A stretch of DNA of 64,000 bases from Macrostomum lignano. Its lineage: Eukaryota. The DNA lies in assembly GCA_002269645.1 (NCBI GenBank), contig NIVC01000912.1, positions 73,538 through 137,537 on the forward strand, written 5' to 3'. Positions 38,456 through 58,794 of this stretch are shown here, one piece after another. Position 1 is the stretch's first letter. Each line of letters starts with the position of its first letter. Under the pieces are notes generated by a model. The model was not told the DNA's origin. It saw nothing but the letters and a program-made list of their open reading frames with translations, and did not search any database. Position numbers and translations under genes: made by a program.

Positions 38456-39551
38456 TAATGGCTCTTGGGTGCTAGTATTCGAACAATGGATAGCAGTCGT
38501 GTACCATTCAATCATTATCATCTGAGTCTGTTTTCGCCGAGTCCGTACAGCCATGGGTTCCGCCCGCCCGTCTGTCCGCCAGGCCTTGCAGCCACACGCA
38601 GGGCAGGGCATTTGTCAGAAAATTGGTCCAAAGCTTTAATTACGCAGCCTGGGGGCGATGAAGGGGGGGGGCACTGCACAGTTATATTTGCCAGAGTGTG
38701 CCATACTAAAGCGAGTTGGCTATAGATAAAATTGGTCGACCAGTCCGGGATCTCGGCTAAAGTGGGCCGGATTGGAAATGAAGGTCTTCCGTCTCCCCCA
38801 ACCCCCACTAGTTCTCGGCCGGTCTATCCGCTTAGTCCCATCCTCCCTTATGCGGTGTGCCTGCGAGAATTGCTGGCAGCGTCTTCTGCCGAGCACTTTC
38901 TGTCCCAGACTGCGGCGGGCCGAGTATTTCTGGCAAACTCGATCATTGCGCGGCGTCCCCTGCTGGTAGAAAGCTAAATAATAAAATTGTTCGGTGCGGT
39001 GAGCGAGGTGCACGGCTTATATTGGTCGTTTGATGCTTATTTTTAAAATAGAATATTACTGGTGAATTAATTTCTCCGTTTTACTACTAATGGCTTCGTC
39101 AGTAGGATGATGAAAAAATGTTAGGCTAATTTAGTTTGGGGCCAAAATCGTGTCGCGATCTATTCTAGCACCTAACTTGAATTCAGTGGCGCCAAACAAA
39201 CTGGAATTGAATGGCTTGGAAAATTGCCCTAAATAAAGATTCAATCAACATTGATTATAGCTTTTTCACCTAAATAATTAATGAAAAGTGAACTAAATAA
39301 CAAATAACTCAAATTAAAAAACTGTTGCAAATTCGCACATAAAAATTTCCATGCAGCGTCACATTGGCGGACTCAAGTCAGCCGAGTCGCCCGCCAGATG
39401 TCTATGGCCAATAGTGCGCCGCAATCGTGTCCAGTACCAGAGCCGACTTAGACTTTCGTCTGGCTCAATAGTCGAGGATTTAATATTATATTAGAGAAGC
39501 TTTAATTCAATCGATAGAGCGAGAGATTAAGAGTGAGAGTGAGAGATAGCC

Positions 39552-40004
39552 ATGTCCAGGCCAGATAAACAGCAGCTTCTGCGCTGGTTCACCGAGATCG
39601 ACACCGAGGGCAACGGCTTTATCACATTCGAGGGTCTCAAGGCCGTCTGCCAGCGCGACGGCCTAGACGAATCGTCAGCCGTTGAGATGTTCGAGATTCT
39701 TGACGCAAACCGCGACGGCAAGATCACAAAGCGGGAGTACATGCTGCTTCTGGACATCTACCCGGAGAATGAACGCGAAGAGGAGACCTGGCGACTTGTG
39801 TTTGAAAGCGTCGACGAGGAGGGCACGGGCCAGACGACTTTCGCCGAGGTGGAGCGCTACTTCGCCACGAATGTCGGCCAGAGAGTGGCCCTCGGCGTCT
39901 ACAAAAACGACCTGCGGCGGTTTCACCACGCGGTTGGTCGTTCGGTAACCACCTTCAACACAGAAGACTTCATCACCTGGTTTCGCAAGGAGCGACGCGC
40001 TTGA
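39552..40004 (+). CDS. Intronless calmodulin-like EF-hand calcium-binding protein (150 aa)
   Basis: Loops DTEGNGFITFEG, DANRDGKITKRE (canonical) and DEEGTGQTTFAE; the fourth EF-hand is degenerate. Confidence 0.9.
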   Translation: MSRPDKQQLLRWFTEIDTEGNGFITFEGLKAVCQRDGLDESSAVEMFEILDANRDGKITKREYMLLLDIYPENEREEETWRLVFESVDEEGTGQTTFAEVERYFATNVGQRVALGVYKNDLRRFHHAVGRSVTTFNTEDFITWFRKERRA

Positions 40005-40279
40005 AACGAGACAGAATCGCTCCGTTTGATTAACAGCGGGAAATTTTCTTTTTAATTTGCGTTTCATGACAATACACGACGGTGACTAATCGTCTGTGTG
40101 AAGGCGTGTAGTTTTAAACCGAATGTGTTTGATTTTCAATTCAATAAAAATTCATCGTTTGTTCTTTCATTACAAATATTTTTAATAATGGCTGGCCTTC
40201 GATCATCAGCGAATCCCACCAGCCAAAATCTTATATGCTCGTAGAAAATGTGGATCGTTTAAAACAAAAATTAACCAAT

Positions 40280-40650
40280 CCTAGCCAATCAGCGATTTAA
40301 TGGAGTTAGCGAGGATAGAAATTACAGGTTTGAGGGGATAAGCAGGAAAACTGATAAGCCTCCACCCAATTCTAGCCAATCAGCGATAAAGTGGGGTTAA
40401 CGAGGATAAGATTACGGGTTTGAGGGGTAGGCAGGAAGACTGATAAGCCTCCTTCACCCAATTCTAGCCAATCAGCGATAAAGTGGGGTTGGCGAGGATA
40501 GAAATTACGGGTTTGAGGGTAGGCAGGAAAACTGATAAGCCTCCACCCAATTCTAGCCAATCAGCGATAAAGTGGGGTTAGCGAGGATAAGATTACGGGT
40601 TTGAGGGGTAGGCAGGAAAACTGATAAGCTTCCTTCACCCATCCCGACCA
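40280..40650. repeat. ~90-bp tandem repeat, about 4 copies
   Basis: tagccaatcagcgat recurs at about 40282, 40373, 40465 and 40554. Confidence 0.9.
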
Positions 40651-41000
40651 ATCAGAGACAGTGGTTCAGAAGGGCCATTCAATGTTAGGCAGCTAGTCAT
40701 AAAAAGCAATAACTCAGTTCTTCAGCACAGCTTCCTACAAAAACAACCAAGTCTTTATACGACAAACAGTTTAGGATATTTGCTTCGAAAAAATCACCTT
40801 TCAAAGAATCTAACAAATACATTAGCTCTTTTACTAATGGACTTATTTATAAGTAATTTGGATGCACTACTGTACAAAATGGCTACAATAACAGTTGCAA
40901 TCTGCACAGGAAAGATTTCGGTAAACTGTTTTGCTGCCAATTATATATCCAAAAAGACTTGGCAACAATAAACTTGTTTACACTCAGTTGAGACCCCAGG

Positions 41001-41217
41001 CCACGGGTTCCGGCATCGCCCTAAGCCACGGGTTCCGGCATCGCCCTAAGCCACGGGTTCCGGCATCGCCCTAAGCCACGGGTTCCGGCATCGCCCTAAG
41101 CCACGGGTTCCGGCATCGCCCTAAGCCACGGGTTCCGGCATCGCCCTAAGCCACGGGTTCCGGCATCGCCCTAAGCCACGGGTTCCCGCATCGCCCTAAG
41201 CCACGGGTTCCGGCATT
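41001..41217. repeat. 25-bp tandem repeat (ccacgggttccggcatcgccctaag), 8+ copies, overlapping a stop codon
   Basis: Units at 41001, 41026 ... 41201. Confidence 0.97.
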
Positions 41218-41897
41218 GCCGGCGCCGGCGGTCTCAGCTCCGACATGGACATGGCCGGACTGTGCGCCGTCACCGCGGCCGCTCCATAGTAGTCGGCCAC
41301 AACGGCAGACGGGACATTCAGGTCCGTCATCCACGACGACGACTGCGGCCAGCGACTATCGACTTCGTTTCGCCTGTCGTTGACGGCGTCGGTTTCTCGG
41401 TGACGCTTTCGTCGACGTCGAAAAGCGCCCAATCGACGTCCCCGGAGGTCGATGGCCAGGACGTACGCGGCCAGCAGGAGGCCGACACCGGCCACGGCGC
41501 CGCCCAGCAGACTGAGCGGGTAAACCTCCGCCCGCTGCTGCGATGCTTCGGCACCCCGCTCAGGCCATCGAGGATGCCGCAGCGCCAGCAGCACCGACAG
41601 GGCGGCTGCCGAGGCCAACAGGGCGGCCAGGCCGGTGTAGAAAGTCAGGAGAAACAGCGCCAGATGGCAGCGCTGACGGTGGCGTCGACACCACAGGCTG
41701 GGCGGCGGGCAGCAAAGAAGTCGGGGCAGCGGCTGCTGCTGCTGTTGCTGCTGCTGCTGATGATGATGCTGCTGATGCTGATGCTGATGCTGATGCTGAT
41801 GCTGATGCTGCTGATGATGATGATGATGCTGCTGATGCTGATGATGATGATGCTGATGCTGATGATGCTGATGATGATCCTGAGGCTGGATATGCAT
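41196..41897 (-). CDS. Orphan membrane protein: poly-His/Gln N-terminus, two predicted TM helices, basic juxtamembrane patch
   Basis: 233-aa ATG-TAG ORF, GC-rich. Hydrophobic segments HLALFLLTFYTGLAALLASAAALSVLLAL and LSLLGGAVAGVGLLLAAYVLAI, followed by RGRRLGAFRRRRKR. Confidence 0.65.
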   Translation of the reverse strand: MHIQPQDHHQHHQHQHHHHQHQQHHHHHQQHQHQHQHQHQHQQHHHQQQQQQQQQPLPRLLCCPPPSLWCRRHRQRCHLALFLLTFYTGLAALLASAAALSVLLALRHPRWPERGAEASQQRAEVYPLSLLGGAVAGVGLLLAAYVLAIDLRGRRLGAFRRRRKRHRETDAVNDRRNEVDSRWPQSSSWMTDLNVPSAVVADYYGAAAVTAHSPAMSMSELRPPAPAMPEPVA

Positions 41898-43136
41898 TGA
41901 GTGCGGCCTGTGTATGTGGTTGATTGATAGATCGATAAATTGTTATTTGATTGATTGATCGATTGGTCGATTCATTGATTGATTGATTGAGCGACTGATT
42001 TATTGATTGATTGATTGATTGACTGGTTGATTAATTGAGCTACTGATTGATTGATTTGTTGATTGATTGATTGATTGATCGATTGATTGCTAGATTTTTT
42101 TGATTGGTTCATTCGTTGAATGGTTGACTCAATCATTAATTTGTTCGTTTAATTTCTTAATTGGCCAATTATACGTGATAGGCCGACAGCTGATTGATCC
42201 AGAGAATTTCCATCTCCTTCACTCAATTATCTATTAATTGACGCTCCTACAACTAATATCTCCAATTCATAAGTTACTGGGTGTATTGCGAATAAACAGC
42301 TGGGAACTTATTATTTTTTATTCTGCAATCAGAAGGAACGAGAGAATTCATGTCTACTCGGACACAACTCGGACACTCACCCAACGGTAGACGGTCGCCC
42401 GTGTTCGCGCCTGTCGAATGCTTCTCCAATTTCAGTAGCCATGCAGACTCAGCTCCGGAATTCAAAGTCTGCCAGCAAACAGCCAACACAGACTTTAAAC
42501 GTTTTTGGGGCCAAAAGTATTTTTAGAGCCATTCATTGGCGGAATTTCGTGACTCCCTGCTCTGGCTAAAACCTGTTGGAAACGGCTGAGCAAACTTTCT
42601 ATCCAACTCAAGTAGCTTCCGCTGTGCCCGCACACCCATGCGCGCCAAGCCTTGAGAGCTTGATTGATCCGACGCCTCTCAGCGTGCGATTTTGGTTGCT
42701 ATAGAAACCATAAGCGTGTAGAATCATTGTACACTTAACTAACCTTTGCTGTTGTATTGAATACTATCGACACATATCGGCACCAGCTGCTCATCATTGT
42801 CATTGCTCAAGTGTCCCTTTTCGGGGTATCAATGAATGAAATTTCGTCTCGATTTCCCAAAAACCTAACAAACCCCATGATTTTATAGCCGAAAAATGAT
42901 TTAACCTAAAATGGCCTCTTTCTCCGATATGTTGTGTAAAAAACTTTTTTGGTTTAAGTAGAGCTTAACGCAAGAATATTACCAGAAATTTAATTAAAAT
43001 CGATTATACGCTCGTAGTTATAGAAGAATAAAATTACTATAAGGAAAACTATTCAATTGAGAACTCTTAAATAGCAGTTAATGTTTACTGAAAAAAAACA
43101 TAATAAGACAATTAAAGAAAAAAGTAAAAAAATTCA

Positions 43137-43209
43137 TGGAGTACCAGGGCATCGATCCCTGTACCTCTCGCATGCTAAGCGAGCGCTCTACCATTTGAGC
43201 TAGTACCCC
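43137..43209 (-). tRNA. trnA-AGC: tRNA-Ala (anticodon AGC)
   Basis: GGGGTACTAGCTCAAATGGTAGAGCGCTCGCTTAGCATGCGAGAGGTACAGGGATCGATGCCCTGGTACTCCA: 73 nt, stems pair, A/B boxes present, followed by oligo-T Pol III terminators. Confidence 0.96.
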
Positions 43210-43606
43210 TGACTAGTGGGGCAGAACAAAGACCCGTTATGAAATCAGTCGGCGAAATATATTACGTAATTTTAAATAGGTCTTTTGCGTTCAACGCATT
43301 TTCATTTAATACTCGACGACAAAGAAAAAATAATACTAGTTATTGTTTTTTTTCGAATTCGACGACTTTATCATCACTAAAACTACTATCTTTACTCCTG
43401 CTTTTCAATACTTTAGACGAAAGACACCCATCAGAAAATGCGGTCTTCAACTATCTTCATGGAACGAGTCCGAGTTGCCGTGTCGACGCGCGAACCGCCT
43501 CCGTCTGCGTCTGGCCTCTCGGGCATTTGGCGGGCCTGAGGGAATTAATTTCAATTTGCAATACATTTTACTAGTAGTAGGGTTGCACTGTTGGTACAGT
43601 ATTATT

Positions 43607-52716
<9,110 letters not shown>

Positions 52717-54216
52717 AGCACTGCTAGCGGTGCTTCCTGCTCCCGTTGGCTGCCGGCGGGTGTCCGGTGTCTGACGCGCACGCGGCTCCCTCGTGACGAC
52801 TCTAAGGGTGGAGAGATGACTGATCGAGAAGACCAGCTCAGGACACCCCCGCTGCGTGTCGCATTACTGGGCGAATCCCATTTGGCTCCAACTTTACATT
52901 GTAAGTAATCATGAAACATCATCTGCAGTCTGCAATAGACAAATACGAGCTAGGAATGATTGTTCATAAAGGCACTGCTATATCAATTATATGATTATCT
53001 GAATTCATTATATACTATTTTCGCTTGGTTAACTCCGTGCTTGTCAAACAAAATCACGTCTTCAAACGAAGCGTCTCAAAGTTAAGGTGCAAATTAATGA
53101 CTCCGGCAATATGCTCATTGTTAAGTTTCAAATCTTAATTTAATGAATTTACTTCACCGGCCATTTGAGCCACATTCAGCCCCTGTATTGGGACATAAGT
53201 ATTAAAATTATTTGGTTACTTTAATTACAATAGATTAATTGGAATAAAAAACAGCGAGGCGCAGAGCTCAAGCGGGTGTACTTCTTAAGACACTAAATTA
53301 GGGAGAAGGGGTTGAGTGCAGATAAGAAAAGGGAGGGGTGGAGTGCGCTGCTGTACTGAGGAAAGAGGCGAGATTGGACAGCCAATCAGAAGGCCGCGAG
53401 GGAAGAGATAAGAATAAACAAGACTAAACTGGACAGAGGGAGAGAAAACAGAATAAACAGAGACGAGGGCGAGTGAACTGAAGAAATGATTAAAGTTACG
53501 ACAGTCCCATTCACGAACTAATCAAGGACTACTAAAGTAGAACTGTAGAAGGACTGGAAACCTCGTTTCTTAGAAAAATTTTAGGAAGCAGGTTTTTCCA
53601 AAAAATACATTACGGAGATAAGATTTTTCTTTTTTCAGCACAAAATTTGATATTGCTTTTGATAGGAAGCAGACCCAATGTTTATCTTTTGATATGTTGT
53701 GCTCTATCGATATTCATTTAAAGCTTTTCATTCAGAAAATTAGGATTCGATGTTATATCAGAAGATGTTCTATGTTTTTATCAGAAGACACTCTCCAATT
53801 CTTATTGACGTTAATTTCTGATTAACCAAGATGACTTAAAGATTAGGGCGAATGCTTACAGTATATTGTTTATATTTATAATGTAAATCTGAATATACTA
53901 AATAATTTACTATCAGTAACAATGAGATTATGAGAATACCTTAGGGTGGCTATTGAGCTGAGCTGGCTATTGATGCAGCATGAAAAAATCCTGGAGTAAA
54001 TGCTGTAGAAGGTACTTTCATTGTAACATACTAAATACTATAGCAGGTGGAACACGCGGTAATGGCATACAGGTAAAAATATACAGTAGGCTAGCAGTAC
54101 AAATACTAAAAGCTCATTCAGATTACTAGATCAGTGAAACTGGAGTACAATAGATAGTACATACTGCACTTCACACGGGATAATGGTCAGTTTAGTCAGT
54201 AAAAGTCTTTGTCAAA

Positions 54217-55008
54217 TCACTTGGCTTCATTGGCTTCACTTGGCTTGTCAATCTCCATGGGTACATCCTTGAGCTGCGGCTTCTCCTTGGCCGGCGGAGC
54301 CTCGAACGGCGCCTCGATGCAGAGCCGGCCGTCCTGGCTGAGCTTGCTGGCCACCTGGTCCAGCTTGGTGCCGGCGGGCAGCTGGAACACTCTCTCCAGC
54401 CGCTTGTGGATCCGCTGCCCGTTCGACTCGTCCTTGTGCTCAGCCTCGACTCGCACGCAGTCGCCCTGCTGCTTGATGCGGATCTCGTCCGGCTTGAACT
54501 CACGCACCGACAGCTCCGCCTTGAACCGCTTGCTGCCGTCGCTGGCCTCCACCACCTGGCCGGACTGCAGGTCGCCTCGCAGCAGGCCGCGCAGCTCGTC
54601 CCACACCGAGTCCTGCTGCTGCTGTTTCAGCTGCTGCTCCTTGAGCGGCGCCTTCAGCACTAGCATGCCGTCCTGGGTGAAGCCGCTGCTCAGCTTCTCA
54701 GCGTCCACCTCCTCCGGCAGCTCCACCGTCCGTTTCACCTCCGTGGTATCCTCGCCATTCTCGATCCGAGCCACCACGCGCACCTTCCGGTCCTCCCGCT
54801 TCACCGACACGTCCTTCGGAGAGAAGCCGCGAAGGTCCACAGTCCGGCTCCACTGCCGAGGTCGCCTTGGACCCCGGTGGCGCAGCAGCTGCACCAGCGG
54901 GTCGTACTCGGGCGTCAGCCAGTCGTCCAGCTCGTTCAAGGCTGCCGCAAGAGGCAGGGCGTGCGAGAACGGCGTGTACACGTTGCTTGGCGCGATCCAG
55001 AGAGACAT
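54217..55008 (-). CDS. Small heat-shock protein with two alpha-crystallin domains (flatworm p40/Tsp36 type), intronless, 263 aa
   Basis: ACD1 DLRGFSPKDVSVK...LPEEVDAEKLSSGFTQDGMLVLKAP; ACD2 VREFKPDEIRIK...LPAGTKLDQVASKLSQDGRLCIEAP; C-terminal VPMEI resembles the IXI motif. Confidence 0.93.
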   Translation of the reverse strand: MSLWIAPSNVYTPFSHALPLAAALNELDDWLTPEYDPLVQLLRHRGPRRPRQWSRTVDLRGFSPKDVSVKREDRKVRVVARIENGEDTTEVKRTVELPEEVDAEKLSSGFTQDGMLVLKAPLKEQQLKQQQQDSVWDELRGLLRGDLQSGQVVEASDGSKRFKAELSVREFKPDEIRIKQQGDCVRVEAEHKDESNGQRIHKRLERVFQLPAGTKLDQVASKLSQDGRLCIEAPFEAPPAKEKPQLKDVPMEIDKPSEANEAK

Positions 55009-55116
55009 TCTGGCGAATTCGATTGGTGAAGTTTCCGAGTGCTTTGCTTGCTTTGCTTGCAATTTGCTTGTTTGCTTGACTTGCAACTTGACTCTGCGAG
55101 AATCAGCCTGTCGCGC

Positions 55117-55186
55117 TTATATAGACTGCGCGGAGGAAGTTTCTAGAAGCCTTGTGTCACTGGATTGGTTCTGGAAATTTCTAGAA
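55117..55186 (-). promoter_or_regulatory. Heat-shock promoter: TATA box, two heat-shock elements and a CCAAT box
   Basis: TATATAA at 55123-55117; GAAgtTTCtaGAA at 55136-55148; TTCtgGAAatTTCtaGAA at 55169-55186 (perfect alternating nGAAn arrays); attgg at 55164-55168. Confidence 0.88.
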
Positions 55187-55324
55187 ATGCAGAAGTCTTT
55201 TTATAAAATAAGATAAAATTATTGTATTTCTACTTACAGTAGACGAAAACCGCGCGTTAATAATCTTCACTAAAATTCATTTTAATGTAAACATTTTATA
55301 TTTGCCAGCAGACTTCAAGCATTC

Positions 55325-55735
55325 ATTGGGTGAGAGTGATTCTCGTAGAGAGAGTGATTCTTCGGGAGAGAGTGATTCTCGTAAGGGTGAGAGTGATTCT
55401 CGTAGAGTGAGAGTGATTTTTGTAGGGTGAGAATGATCCTTGTAGGGTTAGGATGATTCTCGTAGGGTTAGGGTGATTCTCGTAGGGTGAGAGTGATCCT
55501 CGTAGTGCTTATCGTATGGTGAGTGCGATTCTCGTAGGGTGAGGCTGATTCTTGTAGGGTTAGGGCGATTCCTAGGGTGTGAGAGAGTCATTCGTAGTGT
55601 GAGAGTGATTGAGAATGAGAGTGACAGAGGAATTATTCAGATTCTTAGGGTGACAGAGTGGTTCTTTGGGTGAGAGGTTATTCTTTGGGTGAGAGAGTGA
55701 TTCTTAGTTTAAGAGAGTGCGATTCTTAGTTGCGA
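55325..55735. repeat. Degenerate ~20-bp minisatellite (gagagtgattctcgtagggt)
   Basis: Direct inspection. Confidence 0.85.
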
Positions 55736-55749
55736 GTGTTTGAAGCTCA

Positions 55750-57650
55750 CTATGCCACATTGTACCTGATGCTCAGGTTGGCCTTCATCTCCTCGCTCTC
55801 GATGGCATCCAGCACCGCCTGCACCCGCTGGGCGTTGGCCTCCCAGTGAAAAATTTCGTTGCTAAGAAACAGCACGGGGATCTTCACGTTGTTGTAGTGC
55901 TCGGGGTCAACCGGGTGCATCCAGATGTCCAGCAGGCTGCAAGTTCTGTGGTTAGATGGCAGCGAGCGGTTATAGTCGCAGCGGCTACCACTCCCCACCC
56001 ACCCCACTCCTCACCCACCCCACTCTTCACCCACCCCACTCTTCACCGACCCACTCCTCACCCACCCCACTCCTCACCGACCCCACTCCTCACCCACCCC
56101 ACTCCTCACCCACCCCACTCCTCACCGACCCCACTCCTCACCCACCCCACTCCTCCTCACCCACCCCACTCCTCAACCACCCCACTCCTCCTCACCCACC
56201 CCACTCCTCACCCACCCCACTCCTCCTCACCCACCCCACTCCTCACCCACCCCACTCCTCACCCACCCCACTCCTCACCCACCCCACTCCTCACCCACCC
56301 CACTCCTCACCCACCCCACTCCTCCTCACCCACCCCACTCCTCACCCACCCCACTCCTCACCCACCCCAATTTTCACCCACCCCACTGCTTACCCACCCC
56401 ACTCCTCACCCACCCCATTTTTCCCAATATTTATAATATTCTTATTTGTACACTGCCTCAGGCGTTGTGACAAGCGTCGTTAATGCGATGGCGGCGCCGA
56501 ACGAGTGGCCCATCAGATGAACCCGATTCGGGTCGATTAGGCCCTGTGCAGTGATAAAAGAAAGAAAAGTATAAAAACTGGAAAGTTTTTTTTCAGACCA
56601 AAAGCCTCCAGTCTGGGAGATGAAGAGCGCCCGTGTCGGAGAGTGAAAGCCGCAATAATGACTATTGATGTGGACAGACGCCAAAACTCAACTCGTAGCA
56701 ACTAAAATGACGTCGAAGGTGCTTGAATTGGCACACCAAGCACCTGAACTGGCACACCTAACACCTGAACTAGCACACCTAGCACCTGAACTGGCACACT
56801 AAGCACCTGAACTGGCACACCAAGCACCTGAACTGGCACACCTAGCACCTGAACTGGCACATCTAGCACCTGAACTGGCACACCTAGCACCTGAACTGGC
56901 ACACCTAGCACCTGAACTGGCACACCAAGCACCTGAACTGGCACACCTAGCACCTGAACTGGCACACCAAGCACCTGAACTGGCACCTCGCGAAGCTGAG
57001 CACCCAGAAGCGCCCCCAGCAGGACTCACCCGGAAGCTGGCCAGCAGGCTGTCGGGGCAGCCGCCCAGCTCCTCGGGCAAGCGATTGGCCACCGGCGGCT
57101 GCCCCCTGCCCAGCGCCAAGACGGCCTCCGTCAGCTGAAGGCACTCGCCGGCCCGCCGCCGAGCCTGCGCGTGCCGCCGAGGAAAGTCGTTCAACTGGCC
57201 CGCCTCCATAGGCAGCCAGCGGCGTTGCCCATCGACAACGTCGAAGGACATCGATGCGGAGCCGTCGCGGTGTTCAACGGCAGCCACTAGGAAGCCGCGC
57301 GAGGCCAGCTTCAGGCACAGCGACGAATAGATGTGACGCTGGGCGCCCAGGCCGTGCGAGAAGATGATGACGGGGAGAGGCTGCGCAGGCCGCAGCGGCT
57401 CGGCCTGCAAAGCGCAGTTCAGGCGCAGCCGGCCGAAGCCCCAGCAGAGGAAGGCGGACAGCCAGGAGCCCCAGTTGGAGAAAGCCAGCAGGCCGCGCAC
57501 GTACTCCGGCTCCGTGTAGGGGTGCCCGGCGTCTGGCGCGGCTAGCGCGGGGTAGAATAGGCGCGCCAACACACCGCCGCCATTGTCGGAGGCGGGCCCG
57601 GTCAGCAGGTCGAGCGCTCCGACCGGGTGCGGGCCGCAGGGCTCGAACAC
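55750..57650 (-). CDS. Platelet-activating-factor acetylhydrolase (PAFAH2/PLA2G7 family), 3'-incomplete; exons ~57650-57030, 56543-56452, 55945-55766
   Basis: GPHPVG, RLFYPA, PVIIFSHGLGA.R..YS, LASRGFLVAAVEHRDGSAS, GHSFG nucleophile elbow, LDIWMHP (catalytic Asp), PVLFLSNE.F. The exon carrying the catalytic His was not found. The exact start codon is uncertain. Confidence 0.85.
55985..56410. repeat. 16-bp C-rich minisatellite (cccaccccactcctca) in PAF-AH intron 2
   Basis: Direct inspection. Confidence 0.95.
56735..56995. repeat. 21-bp minisatellite (gcacctgaactggcacaccta) in PAF-AH intron 1
   Basis: Direct inspection. Confidence 0.95.
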
Positions 57651-58794
57651 GAACTGGAATGATTGGCATTGATTCCAGTTGAGGGTGAAGAACTCTTGCG
57701 AAGGGAGTTTTAAAAGCTTGGAATTACACTTCCAATAACACTTTTAAATCAATAACATTTCAATAGACATGTCTAGCAGCTTTCAGAAGAATATTCAAGC
57801 AATGATTTTTGAAAAAAATGATCCTGTAAGTTATTTCGCCTTTCATGGATTTTTATAGAGCTATACAAGTATGGAACATGCCTAACCTGCTTACTCTGAA
57901 AGTTTGCCTTGATTAATCTGTGCCGAGCCCGTGAAAATGCATGCACATGTACACGAAAAGTGCAGTAAAGTTACGCGAAGCGAGAGTTAGGAGAGTATAG
58001 TTGTGTGGATATTGCGACAGCAAACCTCGGCAGGAATTGTGCAGGGTGAGGGAGAAATGCCAGAAAGAGAGCGAAGCGCACAAGGGTTTTTATGCACTCA
58101 ATAAAAAATCTGCCTGAAAACCTTGATCCCTAAGGTAGGAAGCATTAGGCGGCAAGGAAATTTCTCCCTAAAAACTCACAACGGAAGTATGGGTGGGGAA
58201 TTTGAACTCAGGAAATCGATAACCGCCATTTGTTACCTCGCCGCCGTGGTCCCACTTTGCAGACTTAAGCCCCAACCTTGCCAAGCGTTGGGGCAGTAAA
58301 ATTCCTTAATCTGAGCAGACCGAGTTTCTCCTGCAGCGCGCAGTCAAGGCAATGAGCTGCAGTGTTGGCTCTCAAGAAGCTCGGCGAGTCGAGCAGCGGG
58401 ATGAACACCCCGGAGCAGATGACACAGCGTCCAACGAGGCAAGGCGGAATCCCATGGAAGACGAGCCGTCAACTCGCTGGCTGCGACTGCGGCGGCTGCA
58501 GGTGCTGCTGCTCGAGCTGGAGCGGCGCGCCAGGGCAGCTCGGACGCTGCCCAGAGCAACGCAGGGTTGCTAGGGTGGCTCAAGAATGAGTTCGAGTGAC
58601 CAGCCTGCCTGGCATTATTTTCTGCCAAAGTTTGCACTCCTCTCGTGTAAAGATAGTGGACAGTTAAATATGGGTTTCACACTGACTTCAATTTGATCTT
58701 GGATTTCTATTTCTTTTATCTTAAAGTAGAGTAATGAGAAAAATAGCACTTGTGAATATTTTAACCGCTTTTCTAACTTATTACAAGTACTGTA

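Noticed and set aside
54209-55216. 335-aa + strand ORF opposite the sHSP (and similar antisense ORFs over the chimera, NHE and catulin exons)
   Set aside because: Antisense shadows of GC-rich coding sequence with no recognisable motifs.
58352-58589. GC-rich 73-75-aa ORFs upstream of the MITE
   Set aside because: No homology or splice support; could be a small exon but cannot be justified from sequence alone.
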